Shown: positions 31,938 through 47,668, counted from the stretch's first letter. The stretch: 64,000 nucleotides of DNA from Eledone cirrhosa (GCA_964016885.1 OZ024741.1:63550001-63614000), one strand, 5' to 3'. The notes: generated by a model from the letters alone, not told the origin. Translations and numbers: made by a program.

Positions 31938-33292
31938 TGAAATGCTTATTTGTCATAGGACATCTAAAAGAAGTACCATATCTACAACTTTTGACATTCT
32001 CTATATATAACCACACAAACACACATACATCCAAAGATATATTTCTGCTTCGCAGCTTTCTATGGATTTTCCATACAATACGTCTATAGCTATACTCATG
32101 AAATCACACTAGAAGTAAAGGCGAGTATCGAAATCCATTAAATGCTAGGGGAACCGTTAATGAGGGCCCTAATCTGTAAGATGGAAGGGTAGTGGGAGGG
32201 GGTGTTGTTAGCGGAAGTTAGAGTAATTATTTAAGGAAAATGGAGAAGCCCATTATCCCGTTGATAGATTAACTTGTGCATCTATATATCAAATCTGCCA
32301 ACTTCTAAAGACCCAAACAGAGAGTACCATGAAAAAAGTGCCCCAAAATGGGTAGAAATGAGACAAAATGAGGAGATTTTACATAATTGTTTCTACTTTT
32401 TGGTACAAGGCCATCAATTAACCAGTACATTACTGGTACTTTATTTTATCGACCCCGTAAGGATGAAAGGCAAAGTTAACTTCGGCTGGAATGAAAGCTA
32501 TACCCATTTTCCCAAGAGAAGACATCTCTCACCTACCTAAACGTGGGTGGGAGACTCCCCGTCGTACGGGGAGAGTTGACAGGTCTGATACATCAACGAA
32601 CTAGTTGGGGGTGCAAAGGATGCAATATTTGGGTTGTGTTCACCTTGATGTGGAGGGGGAGTTCAAAAGGTAGAAGTTAATCAAAGAGTTTTAAGTAGGT
32701 CCTTGATATTTTATGTCTGCGTGTATTAAAGAAATCGGAGCACCGACTGGTTATGTGGGGCCCACTCTCTGTATTCTCCAGAGCTTCCGTGGTGCATAAC
32801 TGAATGTAAACCGAAATTCAATAGAAAGCAGAAATTGAATAACATCCACACAACCTAGCGCCTGAGGACAAATCTAAATATATGGACACACAGGAACAAA
32901 TCTAAATGTATGCACAATAAGACATAAATCCATCCTCCATAGAATAACAACCACCTAGTGACAGATGAGAAATAAAACCCCTACACACAAAAACTTGGAG
33001 GAAAAACGAGACATAAAGACACCAACATACACATACACATACACAAATGCCTGACAGAATTGCGCGGAATTAGCTGCACACAAGGATACATAAACACATA
33101 CACATGCGCACACCACATACACACCAAAGAACGATGCGATGGAATAAATTGAATGAAATCATATCAAAGGGGAAACACAGAGGAGTAAGAATAGTTGAGA
33201 AAGTCGCGGGATGTGAGGAAAGAGCTTTGCTAATTAACAATTAAACAATCACTCGGTTACTAAACTGACCAATGAATGCTCAAATTACTCAA

Positions 33293-33747
33293 CAATGGTT
33301 TCTGATTTAGGCCCAAGGCCAGAAATTGTAGGAGAGGGGGAATAGTCGATTAAATCGACCCCACAGAGTGACTGTTACTTTATTTTATCGACTCCGTAAA
33401 GATGAAAGGCAAAGCTAACCACGGCGGGATTTGAACTCAGAACGTAAAGAGCCATAGCTCTATGCCACGAAGCATGTGGTTCGACGTTCTACCGATACTG
33501 CCAATCTGCCGCCCTCAACTAATAATGGTTTCTTATATAGGCACAAGGCCAGCAATTTTGGGGGAATGGAAAGTCAATTAAATCGACTACAGTGCGTGAT
33601 TGGTACTTTAATTTGTTGACCCCGTAAGGATGAAAGACCAAGTTAACCTCGGCGAGATTTGAATACAGAACGGGAAGGCCCGTCCGTAACTCTATGCCTT
33701 GAAACATGTTGTCCGACGCTCTACCGATACTGCCAATCCAGCGCCCT
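33293..33747 (-). mobile_element. Two tandem SINE copies (long subfamily)
   Basis: 33293-33516 and 33523-33747, each with A/B boxes and the extra GTCGATTTAAT segment. Confidence 0.87.
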
Positions 33748-34989
33748 GTCCTAAATTAATAATAAACTGAAATGAAATGCAACTGGTGCGTGTTGTTATT
33801 AACAGTATGATCCTCCCAAAATATAACAATATAATAGCTGCCAGAAAATCTGAGAGATCTGCATGCTGTGCATGTAGATGTTTTCAAGGGACATCTCTAC
33901 ATTCTACTGACCAAGGTCCCGGATGAACCCACAGTACGAAGCGAAGCACAAATATGAACAGCAGCAACAAATTCTCTTTTTCATCAATGGCCAACCATGG
34001 GAGGCTGACTATAAAATGTGTAGCATCAGTGGCGATGCTCCAGCATGACCTCAGCCCCTTGGCTAGAAAACTTAATAGAATAATAGAATAGAATGTGTAT
34101 GTGTGTGCGTGCATGTGTGTGTGTGTCTGCGTATATATTCTATTATTGTCTTACGTGTTCCAGTCAAGAGGTTAAGGCCTTACTGGGAACCATTTGTAAA
34201 CATATCTAACAGTGTCTCTATTTTCAAGTATCTGTTATTTTCAGTTGAATATACTGTATTTAACTGGAGGACGCGTGTTGTCGAAAATGACGCGATGTTT
34301 GTTTCAAATGTTGCTAATTATTTCTTAATATTGAATTATTTTTTAAATGTGCGCATTTCCCTTTATGCATATGCAATTTATATATATACACACACACAGA
34401 TTCATACACGCAACCTTACTACAAATTTTTGGCTGAAACGTAATTACCATATCTAGCGTCCGTGTATACTGGAACGGAGAGATTTTCAATTAATCAAATC
34501 CTTTCGTTAATCACAAAGATACATTATAAACCTACTTCAGAATTATTGAAAGATGGTGGTAGAAGAAAAAGTTAATAAATGAGATAGCTGTTTGCTGCAT
34601 CACCTTACACACTTTTCTAATCTATCTTTTCCCCATCTCCCTTCCTGTTAAAGTCTATTTCTTTTTTTTTTTTCTCACTCTCTCACGTTTGTTTTACATT
34701 TCATTCTTGCTCTGTCCACTTCTACTATCTCCCACGGTCTGTTTCTCTTATTTTCTCTTCATAATCTATAATTCACATTACCTATATAGACATGGTCTCT
34801 TTCATTTTCTAACATTTTCTATTATTCTTTTCTCTTTCTATCCTTGGTAAACAGTATGAAGAATTGAGTAGTGTTGTTAATATGAAGCATGCACTGAAGG
34901 GTGTAAAAATACACACATGTACACCAGGTCCAAACACAGAGGAGACGAACTGTCGTCACTTCCCTCTCTCTCGCCCTCCCCATCTCTCA

Positions 34990-35210
34990 CTATTATGAGC
35001 AAATGGCCGCCCCATGGACCCGGCGGACAGAACAGAGAAGGCGTTTCCCCAGAGGATGATGAGGGAGATGCGCTGGAAGAGCCATTCCTGCTGGCGAGGC
35101 TCACACCTGCAGCTAGCCAGCTCGGCTCCTATGGTGGTGAGTAGGGAGGTGGTCCTAGGGTCAAGGACACCAGAAGTCTCCATGCTAGGGGGCTCGATTG
35201 CAAGTTTCAC
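34990..35210 (-). pseudogene. 3' fragment of CRE-clade RLE retrotransposon
   Basis: METSGVLDPRTTSLLTTIGAELA...EPRQQEWLFQRISLIILWGNAFSVL matches the CRE-type RLE C-terminus. Confidence 0.78.
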
Positions 35211-36149
35211 TCTACGACATGAAAATAAAGTAAAGCAAGAACTGGGTTCATTAAAGTTGATGGGAGAAGAAGCTTTTGAAGTAACGTAGAAATGTCAGAG
35301 AGAGAAAACAGTATTTTTCCTCGATCAGGCCTTGTGTTCTTGAATGTTTTGTGTGTTGGGTTTGCATCAGGTTACACGATGTGTGTTCCACTGGATTCAA
35401 TCAACGGAACAACCTGCTCATCATACCAACATGCAGGTATCTGAACATTCTACAGAGACGTGTACCCTTAACATAGTTCTCAGAGAAGTTCAGTGGGACA
35501 GAAGATATGACAAGGATGGTCCTTGTCCCAGATACAACTGAATTTTAGCGGTTTAATGGCAAATCATAACCGTACGCCGAACCTCTTAACCGCAAAGTCA
35601 TATACCTTCAAACAAATGATTCATGTTAAGTATTCAGGTGATTTTTCTCTGGTATTTGTGCCTGTAACAACCGCCCTTCCCCAGATCTTGGATCATTGTT
35701 CTAATGTTTGTCACAACAGAATTGTGTAAGGGTGTAATTGTTATGGAATGGACTATTTTCTCTCCTTCAAGAGAAATATGAGTTTTTTATGATGTAATCT
35801 TTGCTATGTGAAATTGTACGTTCGCCAAGAGAGGTCTTAATTGGCAATGAAGTTTAGTCTTTTTAGAGATTACGAGTGATCTATTTGTGTGCCACTAATG
35901 TTTAATAGGCGCGAGGTGCAATAATGTTCTATATGTGCAACGTCTGCATTATTTTTCTGTTGATTCTATCTTTTGATCTTGAAAAATGCAGCGTTTGTAT
36001 ATTTTGGAGTTGACTGTATCTTGAGTTTTTTATATGTTCAGTTGTATTTAAGCCCATTTGACAAAATTGATTTAAGCCCATTTGAATTCTTCATGTGTCT
36101 TTTCATAGAATGAGTGAAAATATGCCTACATAGCATATGGAAATCGTTT

Positions 36150-36290
36150 GGGTGCAGGTTATTAGATAGAATGGAAGCATGGTGTCATCAGTGTTGGAGG
36201 TAACACAGACTAGTCATTGATGTTTATATTGAATAGTGGGCTGAAAAAACACTGATCTTTACAACTCACCAAAGTCACTAGATATTCGAT
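36150..36290 (-). pseudogene. Highly decayed LINE RT remnant
   Basis: Minus-strand SPLFNININD followed, in another frame, by TDDTML (xADD-like). Confidence 0.45.
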
Positions 36291-37330
36291 CAGTTAGGTC
36301 TACAACATTACACGCTGCTGTTGATCTGAATTGTAAGCCTCCAATCTGAGGCATAAAGATCGGAGGTGTCGCACATCAGATGCAATCGATCGATTTGCTG
36401 ATATCGAGATCAGCAAAGCTGGTTCACAACCTTTATCGCAGGCAAATGTTCTCTGATGTTGATGATGGTCGTAGTGGTTGTGGCAATGTTAATGGTGTTA
36501 TTTCTCTTTGTGATGTTGGTGGTGGTAGTGTCGTTGTTGATTATGGTGTTGCTGATGTTATTGGTAGTTTTGTTGGTGTTGATGGCGATGTTCTTTATAT
36601 TGTTGGTAGTGGTGGGACAGAGGTGATGTGGTTGTTGTTGTTGGTTGTGTAATTGTGATTGTTGTGTCTCTTGTGCTGGTTCTGCCAGCAACAATGACGA
36701 TGCTGGTAGTCGTGGTAATATTAGTGCCGGTGTAGTTGTTGTGGATGCTGGTTTTAAACTCTCATCTCGAGGCGACGATGTCACTATGAATTAGTTTTCA
36801 GTGACAACCAGCATCTCTGCCACATTCATGGGAAAACCTGTTTGGAGATATTAATATTTGTTTTTCATCAGATTTACATTCATTATATTCAAGCAAACTC
36901 ACAGACATCATCTGCTCACATGGTGGAATGACAATGAAATTATGGTGCACTGCTTCGAAGAAAAATTTGGAACAAACAATTGCCGAACCAAATTAAGCTG
37001 TTATACTATTTTTATATTCTATGCTGTTTCGGCTATACTATCTGTGATGTACCCACAGATATTTAAACATTAACTGTGTTCCTTCGTGTCGACTGCATGT
37101 TTGCTCATCTATTCCATGTTTTCTTTACTAGATTCTGTATAGTAACTGGTCTATTTTGAACCTTACACAAGTGAAATTTGTTCTACTCATACCACCGTAA
37201 AACAGAGGTCAGCCGGTATGAGTTGCTGATGAATGGAAACGTTGTTTGCTTTGTCCTACAATCCATTTGAATTTTACACTTACTAACACTACACAGTATT
37301 TCTCATCTCTCTGAGTCCTTTACTCACTAA

Positions 37331-38016
37331 TAATTGTTTCTACCTTTGGCACAAGGCCAGCAATTAACCAGTGAAACACTGGTGCTTTATTTTATAGACC
37401 TCGTAAGGATGAAAGGCAAAGTTAACCTCGGTGGGATTTGAACTCAGAATGGCAAGGCCGTAATTCTATGCTTCAAAGCATGGCGTCCGACCCTCTACCG
37501 ATACTACCAATTAATGGTTTCGTATATAGGCACAATGCTAGCAATTTGGGGGAGGGGAAAGTCGATTACATCGACCCAAGTGCGTGACTGGTACTTTATT
37601 TTATCGACCCCATAAGGATGAAAGGCAAAGTTTACACCGGCGGGATTTGAACTCAGATCATAAAGGGCCTTAACTCTATGCTAAAAAGCATCGCGTCCGA
37701 CCCTCTACCGATACTGCCAATTAATAGTAATAATATTCCGTTTTGCTCGAGATTAAAACGCTTATAATATTTTTTTATTATTGTTTGGTTATATAGGCGG
37801 TGGATTAGCAGTATCGGTAGAGGGTCGGACGCCATGCTTTGCAGCATAGAGTTACGGTGCTTTATGATCTGAGTTCAAATCCCGCCGATGTTAACTTTGC
37901 TTTTCATCCTTACGGGATCGATAAAAGAAAGTACCAGTCACGCACTGGGGTCGGATTTATCGACTGTTACCTCCCCCCAAAATTGCTGGCCTTGTGCCTA
38001 TATAAGAAACCATTAT
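37331..38016. mobile_element. Cluster of three SINEs: two tandem on minus, one on plus
   Basis: 37331-37511(-), 37514-37721(-), 37796-38016(+). Confidence 0.9.
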
Positions 38017-38304
38017 TGTTTGATTATGGTGTATAATTTATACTTTCATTTTCGATTATCTTATATATTTGTTATTTTTCTTAGATTGGACTAACTGTAG
38101 ATGATGACATAAATCAACTGGAAATTAAATAAAGCAAAAGACCGACTGGAAGTAAGAAGAGTGTTGTGAAGAGATAAACCGTTATTAAACTAAAAAGAAT
38201 GTAAAATAAATATTTATGAAAAAAAAAGACTTTACAGATATAGAGATATGGAATAACATAGTTGGTATATAGATAGCAGATATATTGACAGACGATACAT
38301 AGAT

Positions 38305-39567
<1,263 letters not shown>

Positions 39568-39582
39568 ATCTATATATTACAC

Positions 39583-39766
39583 GGCGGTGGATTGGCAGTA
39601 TCGGTAGAGAGTCGGACACCATGCTTTCCAGCATAGTTACGTCCCTTTACAGTCTGAGTTCAAATCCCGCCGAGGTTTGCTTTGCCTTTCAACCTTACAG
39701 GGTCGATAAAATAAAGTACCAGTAATACACTGGGTAATTGCTGGCCTTGAGCCTAAAGTAGAAACA
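39583..39766 (+). mobile_element. Full-length SINE with 18-bp TSD
   Basis: ATTATCTATATATTACAC at 39565-39582 and 39767-39784, with A and B boxes. Confidence 0.93.
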
Positions 39767-40854
39767 ATTATCTATATATTACACACATACCCCCCCCCCC
39801 CCCACACACACACACACAAACATATATATATATACATATATATGTATGTATATATGTATATATTTATATATATATATATATATATATGTATAAAATGAAG
39901 AATTAGATAGAAGTTAGGAATATCCGTCACCAGTGGTCTACTAGCCATCATAGGTATTTCTTCGCATTACAGACAATATACCTCCAGCTAGGGCGATACA
40001 ATAACTAAAATATGTTATTGGGATAAAAAGAGTTGGGTGGAGAAAGAGAGACAGGTAAACAAACTCGAATGGTGAGGCCACGTAAAGAGAGCAAAAAATG
40101 AAAAAATCAAGTCAATAATTCATTTCGAACATAAGAAGGGGCCAATATTGAGGAGAAGGTAAAGACACGGATGTGAGCGAGAAAAAGGATCTAGTACGGT
40201 GTGGGACGTTGGAGGAAGTGAGAGAGAGGGTGAGTAGCAGAGAGTGAGTGAGTGAAAGTGCGAGGAAGAGGCTAGCCGAGAGAGGGTGGCTAGTAGAGTG
40301 GGTGAGTGAAAGTAAGAGGGAGAAGGAGAGAGAAGGGGGAGAGAGAAAGAGGATAGCAGTAAGGGAAGAGAAAAAAGACAGGTCACAGCGAAGGGGAAAG
40401 CATATATGTATGTATGTATATGTATATATATGTATGTTTATATATATATATATATATATAATTATTTGGTCGAAGGTATGATAGAATCACTGTTGTTCAA
40501 GACCTAAAAATACGCCACTTTGGCGCAGAGCCTGAGGGAATGTAACTTACTTTTAATGTTGGCAGCGGTGGTGACACTGATGATGTCTCAACGCTCGCAT
40601 CACTACCAAAGTTACTTTTCCAAAGTCAAGAAAAGTTTAAATATAAGTTTGAAAGCGGGGACAACGGAAAGGACTTCCAGCTAGATCTTGACAACAAATC
40701 TCCATACAGTTTAAATACACAAACCTCCAATATCCAAGTGGCTAAATGTTAGCAGAAGGGCACCCAGGAATCATGGCCTTGATGCGACCCGGCCCCCTTA
40801 TTCATCGTGGACTGTTCCCGTGAATTGACAACCATCCTCAATGTGTTTATTTAT

Positions 40855-40970
40855 AAAAAGTGGATTGGAGGAACGCGAAATAAAGTATCTTATTGAAGGA
40901 TACAACGCTCCGCCGGGAATCGAAATCACAACCTTACGATCGTGAGCCGAATTCCAAACTACTAAGCCAA
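40855..40970 (-). mobile_element. Second tRNA-derived SINE family (decayed)
   Basis: Minus strand TGGCTTAGTAG...TTCGATTCCCGGC tRNA-like head followed by GTTGTATCCTT...ACTTTATTTC core. Confidence 0.65.
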
Positions 40971-41509
40971 ACTGCGACGAAAAGTCATATAAACATAACA
41001 ATACGAAATCGAAAGACGAACAGAAGAAAAAAGACATTTCAACAGACGATGAAAAACACCGTGTGTCAGTTAAGTGAATTCACTAATCTGATTGGCTATC
41101 TGTCACTCCGCGCACTAATGTGTATTTTCGTTGATGGAAAAGACATAAGCTTGTTTATGTGTTTCTTTTTCTTTTATTCTTTTCTGTATTAATAAACTCC
41201 GTGTACCCAAAAACCTTCTCCTTGGGGCGCATAGGTTCGGAGCGTATCAGCGACATACATACACACACACAGACACACAGACAAACCTACAAATACACAA
41301 ACAGACAGACAGACAGACACACACACACTCAAATATATAGTAGATATATATAATGCAATCATAAACGCAGGTAGTCTCTGCTGAGAACACAATAATATAT
41401 GAAATGTATCAAAATATTTTCCTATATTATTCTGAATACTGGGGAATAGTTGAAAACGTTTACACTTCACACTTTCCTCGGTTTAAAAGTTATGAATCAA
41501 AAACAGTAG

Positions 41510-41678
<169 letters not shown>

Positions 41679-41976
41679 CGCGCGCGTGTGTGTGTACACT
41701 AATAGACTTTACGAAATCACAATATCACTCGTATATATATATATATATGTAATTGTTTTTCACCGCTCCTATTAATGACGTATTATATTCGTTTTCTCCC
41801 GTTCTTTGCCAGCGAACGTTTCCACGAACCAAAGTATCGTCTTCCTGTCTTCCTCCGGTTGCAACGTTTTTTGAAATATCCACTTCTACGTTTACAGATT
41901 GACTTTGTTAGTTTCAGAAGATCCCGTTCAGGGTGAAAGCAGCGATTCTTTGCTTAAACTTTAATCTGTTATTTTA

Positions 41977-42011
<35 letters not shown>

Positions 42012-42504
42012 GCATTGTAAAAGAAAATACTAGTAAATTACTGTATTGAGGTGTCCTTCCCGTGCATTAGAGCAACTGCTAATTAAATTCCTTTATTAGG
42101 AATTTAATTAGTATTAACATCTATATGCTTTGTTCTTTAACTAAGTGTTAGATTTGTCATATTTACTTACACTCAAACAACCTTCCTTAATTCTTACATG
42201 CTTAAATTACTTTCCTACCCCTTTGAATTTTAGGTTACCGTCTCTATAAATGAAGATTTCTATCTTAACGCCTAACCGGCTTGGCACCCACAGGTCAGAT
42301 TGTCCTCTTACTCCCTCCTCTTTGTTCTACAGGTAAGTCTCCCCCCCCCCCAACCCCGGCCGCTATAAAGGAATTTAACCAGGTGCATGACATCCCCAAA
42401 TTATTGACCACTCCCCGTGACAGACAAGAAAAACAACAAATTTTTAGGACTGTTTGATTTGATATTTCTGCCTTGTTTTGACTGCATGCCCATATATAGA
42501 TTGT

Positions 42505-42600
42505 ACCCTTTGATAAGTTCAGCTAGATTCCCCCCGTTCTAATACGGCTGGCGTAGTCTGGATCTAGCTATCGAAACGGCCGGAGATCAGCCGTCGGGGT
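42505..42600 (+). ncRNA. Type I hammerhead with U3:A8 core variant
   Basis: ACCCT-TTGATAA-stem II (AGCTAGATT/GATCTAGCT)-GAAA CGGC loop GCCG TC-GGGGT. Confidence 0.68.
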
Positions 42601-42609
42601 CCTGACTCT

Positions 42610-42648
<39 letters not shown>

Positions 42649-42988
42649 TACATACACGAGTGGTATTGTGATTTAGTACAATCTATTAGTATATATATAT
42701 ATATGGAAAATGGGGCTGAATTTCCATACAAATCAAAGTTTATAGGTGAAAAGCACACACACACACATACGACGATATGGCAGTACAACTGCAAACAGCT
42801 AAGCTGCAATGTATGAAGTCACTGATGTGCGTTGAGGCGAATAGGACCTGGATGTGGCAGGGGTGGAGTGAATGATGGGAACATTCAACACCGACAGCGA
42901 TCAAAATAAATTATATAGATCTCATTATATCATAAAATGCTCGATGAACATTTAGGGCTAAAAACCACAATTTCAGAGCATAATTTAC

Positions 42989-43159
42989 TGGATTGGCAGT
43001 ATCGGTAGAGCATCAGACAACATGATATGAAGCATAGAGCTATTGCCCTTTTCGTTCTCAGTTCAAATCCCGCCGAGGATAACTTTGCCTTTCATCCTTG
43101 CGGGGTCGATAAAAACTGGGGTAATTGCTGACCTTGTGCCAAAGGTAGAAACAATTATT
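42989..43159 (+). mobile_element. tRNA-derived SINE copy
   Basis: A/B boxes and 3' tail, with a small internal deletion. Confidence 0.87.
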
Positions 43160-43641
43160 GAGGTACAATAATACTTATATTTAGTGAACAAAGCATAAGA
43201 AGAATTGTAAGCAAAGATACATTTAATAGAAAACGTAATCTTACATTATGATTTAAAAAAATAAAGATCCATATCTTTGCTATCTGCTGTTACATTAACT
43301 TGTTAATTTCTGTTGAGTTACTGTTTTGAGATCGTTGGTGAGCTATTATTAACTTTCCTCTGAACTTAAAGCCTCTTCTTTTTAATGCTATGATAGAAGT
43401 AACTACCTTTTAAAGCAATAAACATGTTTGTTTTTTAAACACGTGTGTTTTGGCTGGTGAATTTATTTGTTTTCCTAGTTTTGATAACAATACAAGTGAA
43501 TTCATTCGAACTCCCATAGATAGGCTTCTTTATATTTCTGAGAAAGCTTACTGAGGAGGACATTGTCATAAGTATTTTTGCTTTGGTTTCATACTATCTT
43601 TTGTTTTACTATATAAGGGTTATTGAATCTTCATAACACTG

Positions 43642-43702
<61 letters not shown>

Positions 43703-44237
43703 TAATAAGGAACAAGAACGAGGTATCAATATAGTATTATGTTTATTCACCTGTGACGCGAGTTTCGTGATCGATCAACTCAAGGTACGATCGGGCCCGT
43801 CTCTGAAATCGATAGCATCAGACTTGCTTATGAATAATCTACATTCATTGCTGAGTCAGAGGGAGAGAGAGAGAGAGGCAGAGAAAGATCAAATTACTGC
43901 AATGAGAAAAGCGAATATTAAGAATGGAAAAAGAAAGTTAAACTAAATATATATCAATGGCAATCGCTTAACAAAGAATGCGATACGGTAACAAGTAGAT
44001 AAAAGGTGTCTGCCAAGGAAATTATAGATTTATAATAAAGCCCTATAACGGAGAGGTTTGTAATTTAGCCAAATCTTCTTGTAATTCTTACACTAAAGAT
44101 GCGTAGACACGCTATTTCCTTGATTCTAAAATTATACTTCGCTGATGAGAGAGGATGCAATATGTATGCGTGTGTGTGTGTATGTGCCTGTACATGTGTG
44201 TTTTGAGTGTGTATGTATCTGTGTGTGTATATGTATG

Positions 44238-44271
<34 letters not shown>

Positions 44272-44374
44272 TATATATAATATATATAATATATATATAT
44301 ATATATATAGTGAAAAATGGAACGGGAACAAAACAGAGAGGCAGTAAGAACAAAGGTTTATTAGTTTCACGCTC

Positions 44375-44484
<110 letters not shown>

Positions 44485-46640
44485 AGAGAGAGAGAGAGGG
44501 GTGTCAGTAGGTTTGTGGGCTTGGTTTGAGAGGATTCTGGACATTCAATTGTGAAATTGGAGTGTCGTATGGTGTTGTAGTCGATTCCTTGTTGTGCTAA
44601 TTCCACACCAAAGGTAGTTAATTTGTAAATGGTTTTAGTTCATTCTGCCATAGAACGAAGAGACGCAGAATAGTCCAATAGCAGCATTGCAGAATTCATA
44701 AGTGGCCTTGATGACTTCAAATAATCCAGTGCTGAATCCGCCCCCTAATATATAACAAATTCGATGCTAATTATAAAGATGCGTTTAACTCATTGATATC
44801 TCGTTTGCTAGAATCACTACGATGATGAAAAGTACCTTCAGCATTACTTGCTATCATAGAGATCCTTTCAAGTATTTGGTCAATTATCATGAGTTTTGTA
44901 AAGTGAAAACTATATGATCATGATTGATATTGTAAATTCTTTGAATTAAACCTTACACGAGGAATAATTGCCTGTGTTTCTATGTGTTTTAACATTATGT
45001 TTACAGCCGTTTATTTTACAATAAGTATTCAGTGGCTATATGCAAACATCTAAAACGATACGAAATAAAATAAAGCTTTTTGATTTAATTATAATTTAGG
45101 CTAAAACAGAAATGAAATATGGCGAAAGGAAATGTTCATACTTCAAAGCTGATTTCCAAACGGAAACAATCAATAGAATGATTTCAACATCTTCAATATC
45201 TAGCTATAGATGAAAATATACAAACGTGCCATGAAAATATACAAACGTGCCAAGGGTAAAATGAGCTAAACGTAAAACATTAAACCCTTAGGCTTTTTGA
45301 CTTACGAAACAGTTGCATTTGAAGTGCTATTACTGGTACCAGCATTTAAGATAGTTGACTAAACTTTAGATGAAATTAAGAGCTTGCAAATAATTAACGA
45401 TACGACAGGCTATCATGGAAAGAAAAAATCGGGAACGAGTTTTTAGATAAGTTTTTAGATAAATTCTTTAATTGCTGAGGTTTAAGTCACAGAACTTTTC
45501 AAGAAGCACCCGCTTTCATAAAATTTCTATATTAATCCCGAACTACTGAATTGATGTACCTTAACAAACATTTAAAGGATAAACATACTGCAAACTAACG
45601 AATAATTATGTATTAAAATTTCACAATAATGGTAATTTCGTTAGGAAGCGAAACCTTTCACAGCCTTTACACCACGTCACACTTAGAAGGTTGTAATCGA
45701 CGTACAAACGATAACTATTAGACACAAGTAACAGTGGAGATATTAAATCTCTAAGGTTTGAACAATCATATTCTATTACGCCCAATATATGTGGAATATA
45801 TACGTTTGATAAGCAACTGCCCAAACTGTATGCGGTGAAATTATTTTTAAATCAACATATAATGTCATTCGAAGGACAGAAAACCTGAAATATACAAGAT
45901 ATATTTCTTATATTATATTTAATCATTCTTGCGCAACGAATAATGCTGGAAAAGCCCCATAAAAAATTTAACTTGTTTAGAAGCCGCCTGTGTTTCGAGT
46001 AAATAGTGGCAGTAGAAAAACTACAAATATATCTTATATATTTTTAAAGATGAAAGACTGAAGAACTCGTAAGTATTAAGTTTACCATATCTTCTGCAAT
46101 AGCGAGATTTGTTTACATAAGCCTATCTATTATGTTGACAAAAAATATAATATATATGGTTGCATACATTGGCACTGTTAACAATTTCGTCGCCAATGTA
46201 ACAGAAAAGAGAGAATGCAAGATAGACGTATGTATATAGACATATACATAAACATGCGCACATATATACGTACATACAAAATCTTAGATATAGCAATACA
46301 CTGTTAAGAGTAATATATCAATGAAAAATATACGGAACTACGTATATATACCTACACATCTATACTAACATACTTACGCACTCATTCACAAACGTACATA
46401 TATATATACATAAAATATAATAACTCAGATATCAGCTGGAGAGAGGGGAGGGGAAGAAAGGGCACAAAAAGATAAAAGGTCTGCATAGTACCGTAGCGAG
46501 AAGGTTGGTTGTGGAAATTCCCAAAAGGATTTATGTGCGTGCATATTTGTCTGTTACACACATATATACTTATATACACAGAGATGCTCATAAACGCTTC
46601 TTCACACATACACACACATACACACACGAGTATATGTATG

Positions 46641-46713
<73 letters not shown>

Positions 46714-46802
46714 ATATATATATATATATATGTATGTATATATATATATATACATACATATATATATATATGTGTGTGTGTGTGTGTATGTGTGTGTGTA
46801 TA

Positions 46803-46859
<57 letters not shown>

Positions 46860-47039
46860 TACATCCAGATTAAAGATTCCTTCTGATGGACGACCTCGGA
46901 CGCCTCTGTTAGAATCGTCTAACTTCGTGAAACCTTGGGTAATGAAATAATTATATTGCGTTGTTTATTACATAATTAAATAGCTCTGTACTATACGTAG
47001 AGCCTCTTCTTTCCTTTACATTTTCTATGGAAATATTTA

Positions 47040-47135
<96 letters not shown>

Positions 47136-47486
47136 GTCTCACATGCGTCTCACCAACAGTATGGTTCTGCAATCTGTTGCGAAAACTGCTATTTCGAATG
47201 TAATATCACCTTAATGCGCAGAATTGCTCGAACACAAATTGCGGCTGACGAAGTAACACTCTGTTCGTCATAGGAAACTTCAAATCAGTTTATTAATCTT
47301 TTTCTCCGGAGAGGTACGTGCAAAGCAGTTGATTAATTGTGTATAAAAGTCTTGTTTTTACAGAAAATCTCTCCATAAAATCTACCTGCGGTATTGTAAT
47401 CTACAATACATATGGTTGAACAGTTATTAAAGATATGAATAATGCGAGCAGAGTAATGAGCAATCCTTTTGCAAAAGTGAACTGTC

Positions 47487-47668
47487 TGGCAGTATTGTTA
47501 GAGGGTCGGGCGCCATGCTTTGACGCAAAGAATTACGGCCCTTGCCATTCTGAGTTCAAATCCCGTCGAGGTTAACTTTACCTTTCATCCTCACGGGACC
47601 GATAAAATAAAGTACCAGTAATGCACTGGTTAATTGCTGGCCGTGTGCCAAAAGTAGAAACAATTATT
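47487..47668 (+). mobile_element. tRNA-derived SINE copy
   Basis: Matches family consensus. Confidence 0.88.

Noticed and set aside
36410-36784. T/N/Q-rich ORF
   Set aside because: Low-complexity trinucleotide-rich sequence with no domain or splice evidence.
44900-46130. Possible decayed gene or exon (GTAAGT donor near 46069)
   Set aside because: No sustained reading frame or recognisable motif.
47245-47285. CTGACGA...GGAAAC as a hammerhead
   Set aside because: Stems I-III do not form and there is no NUH site.
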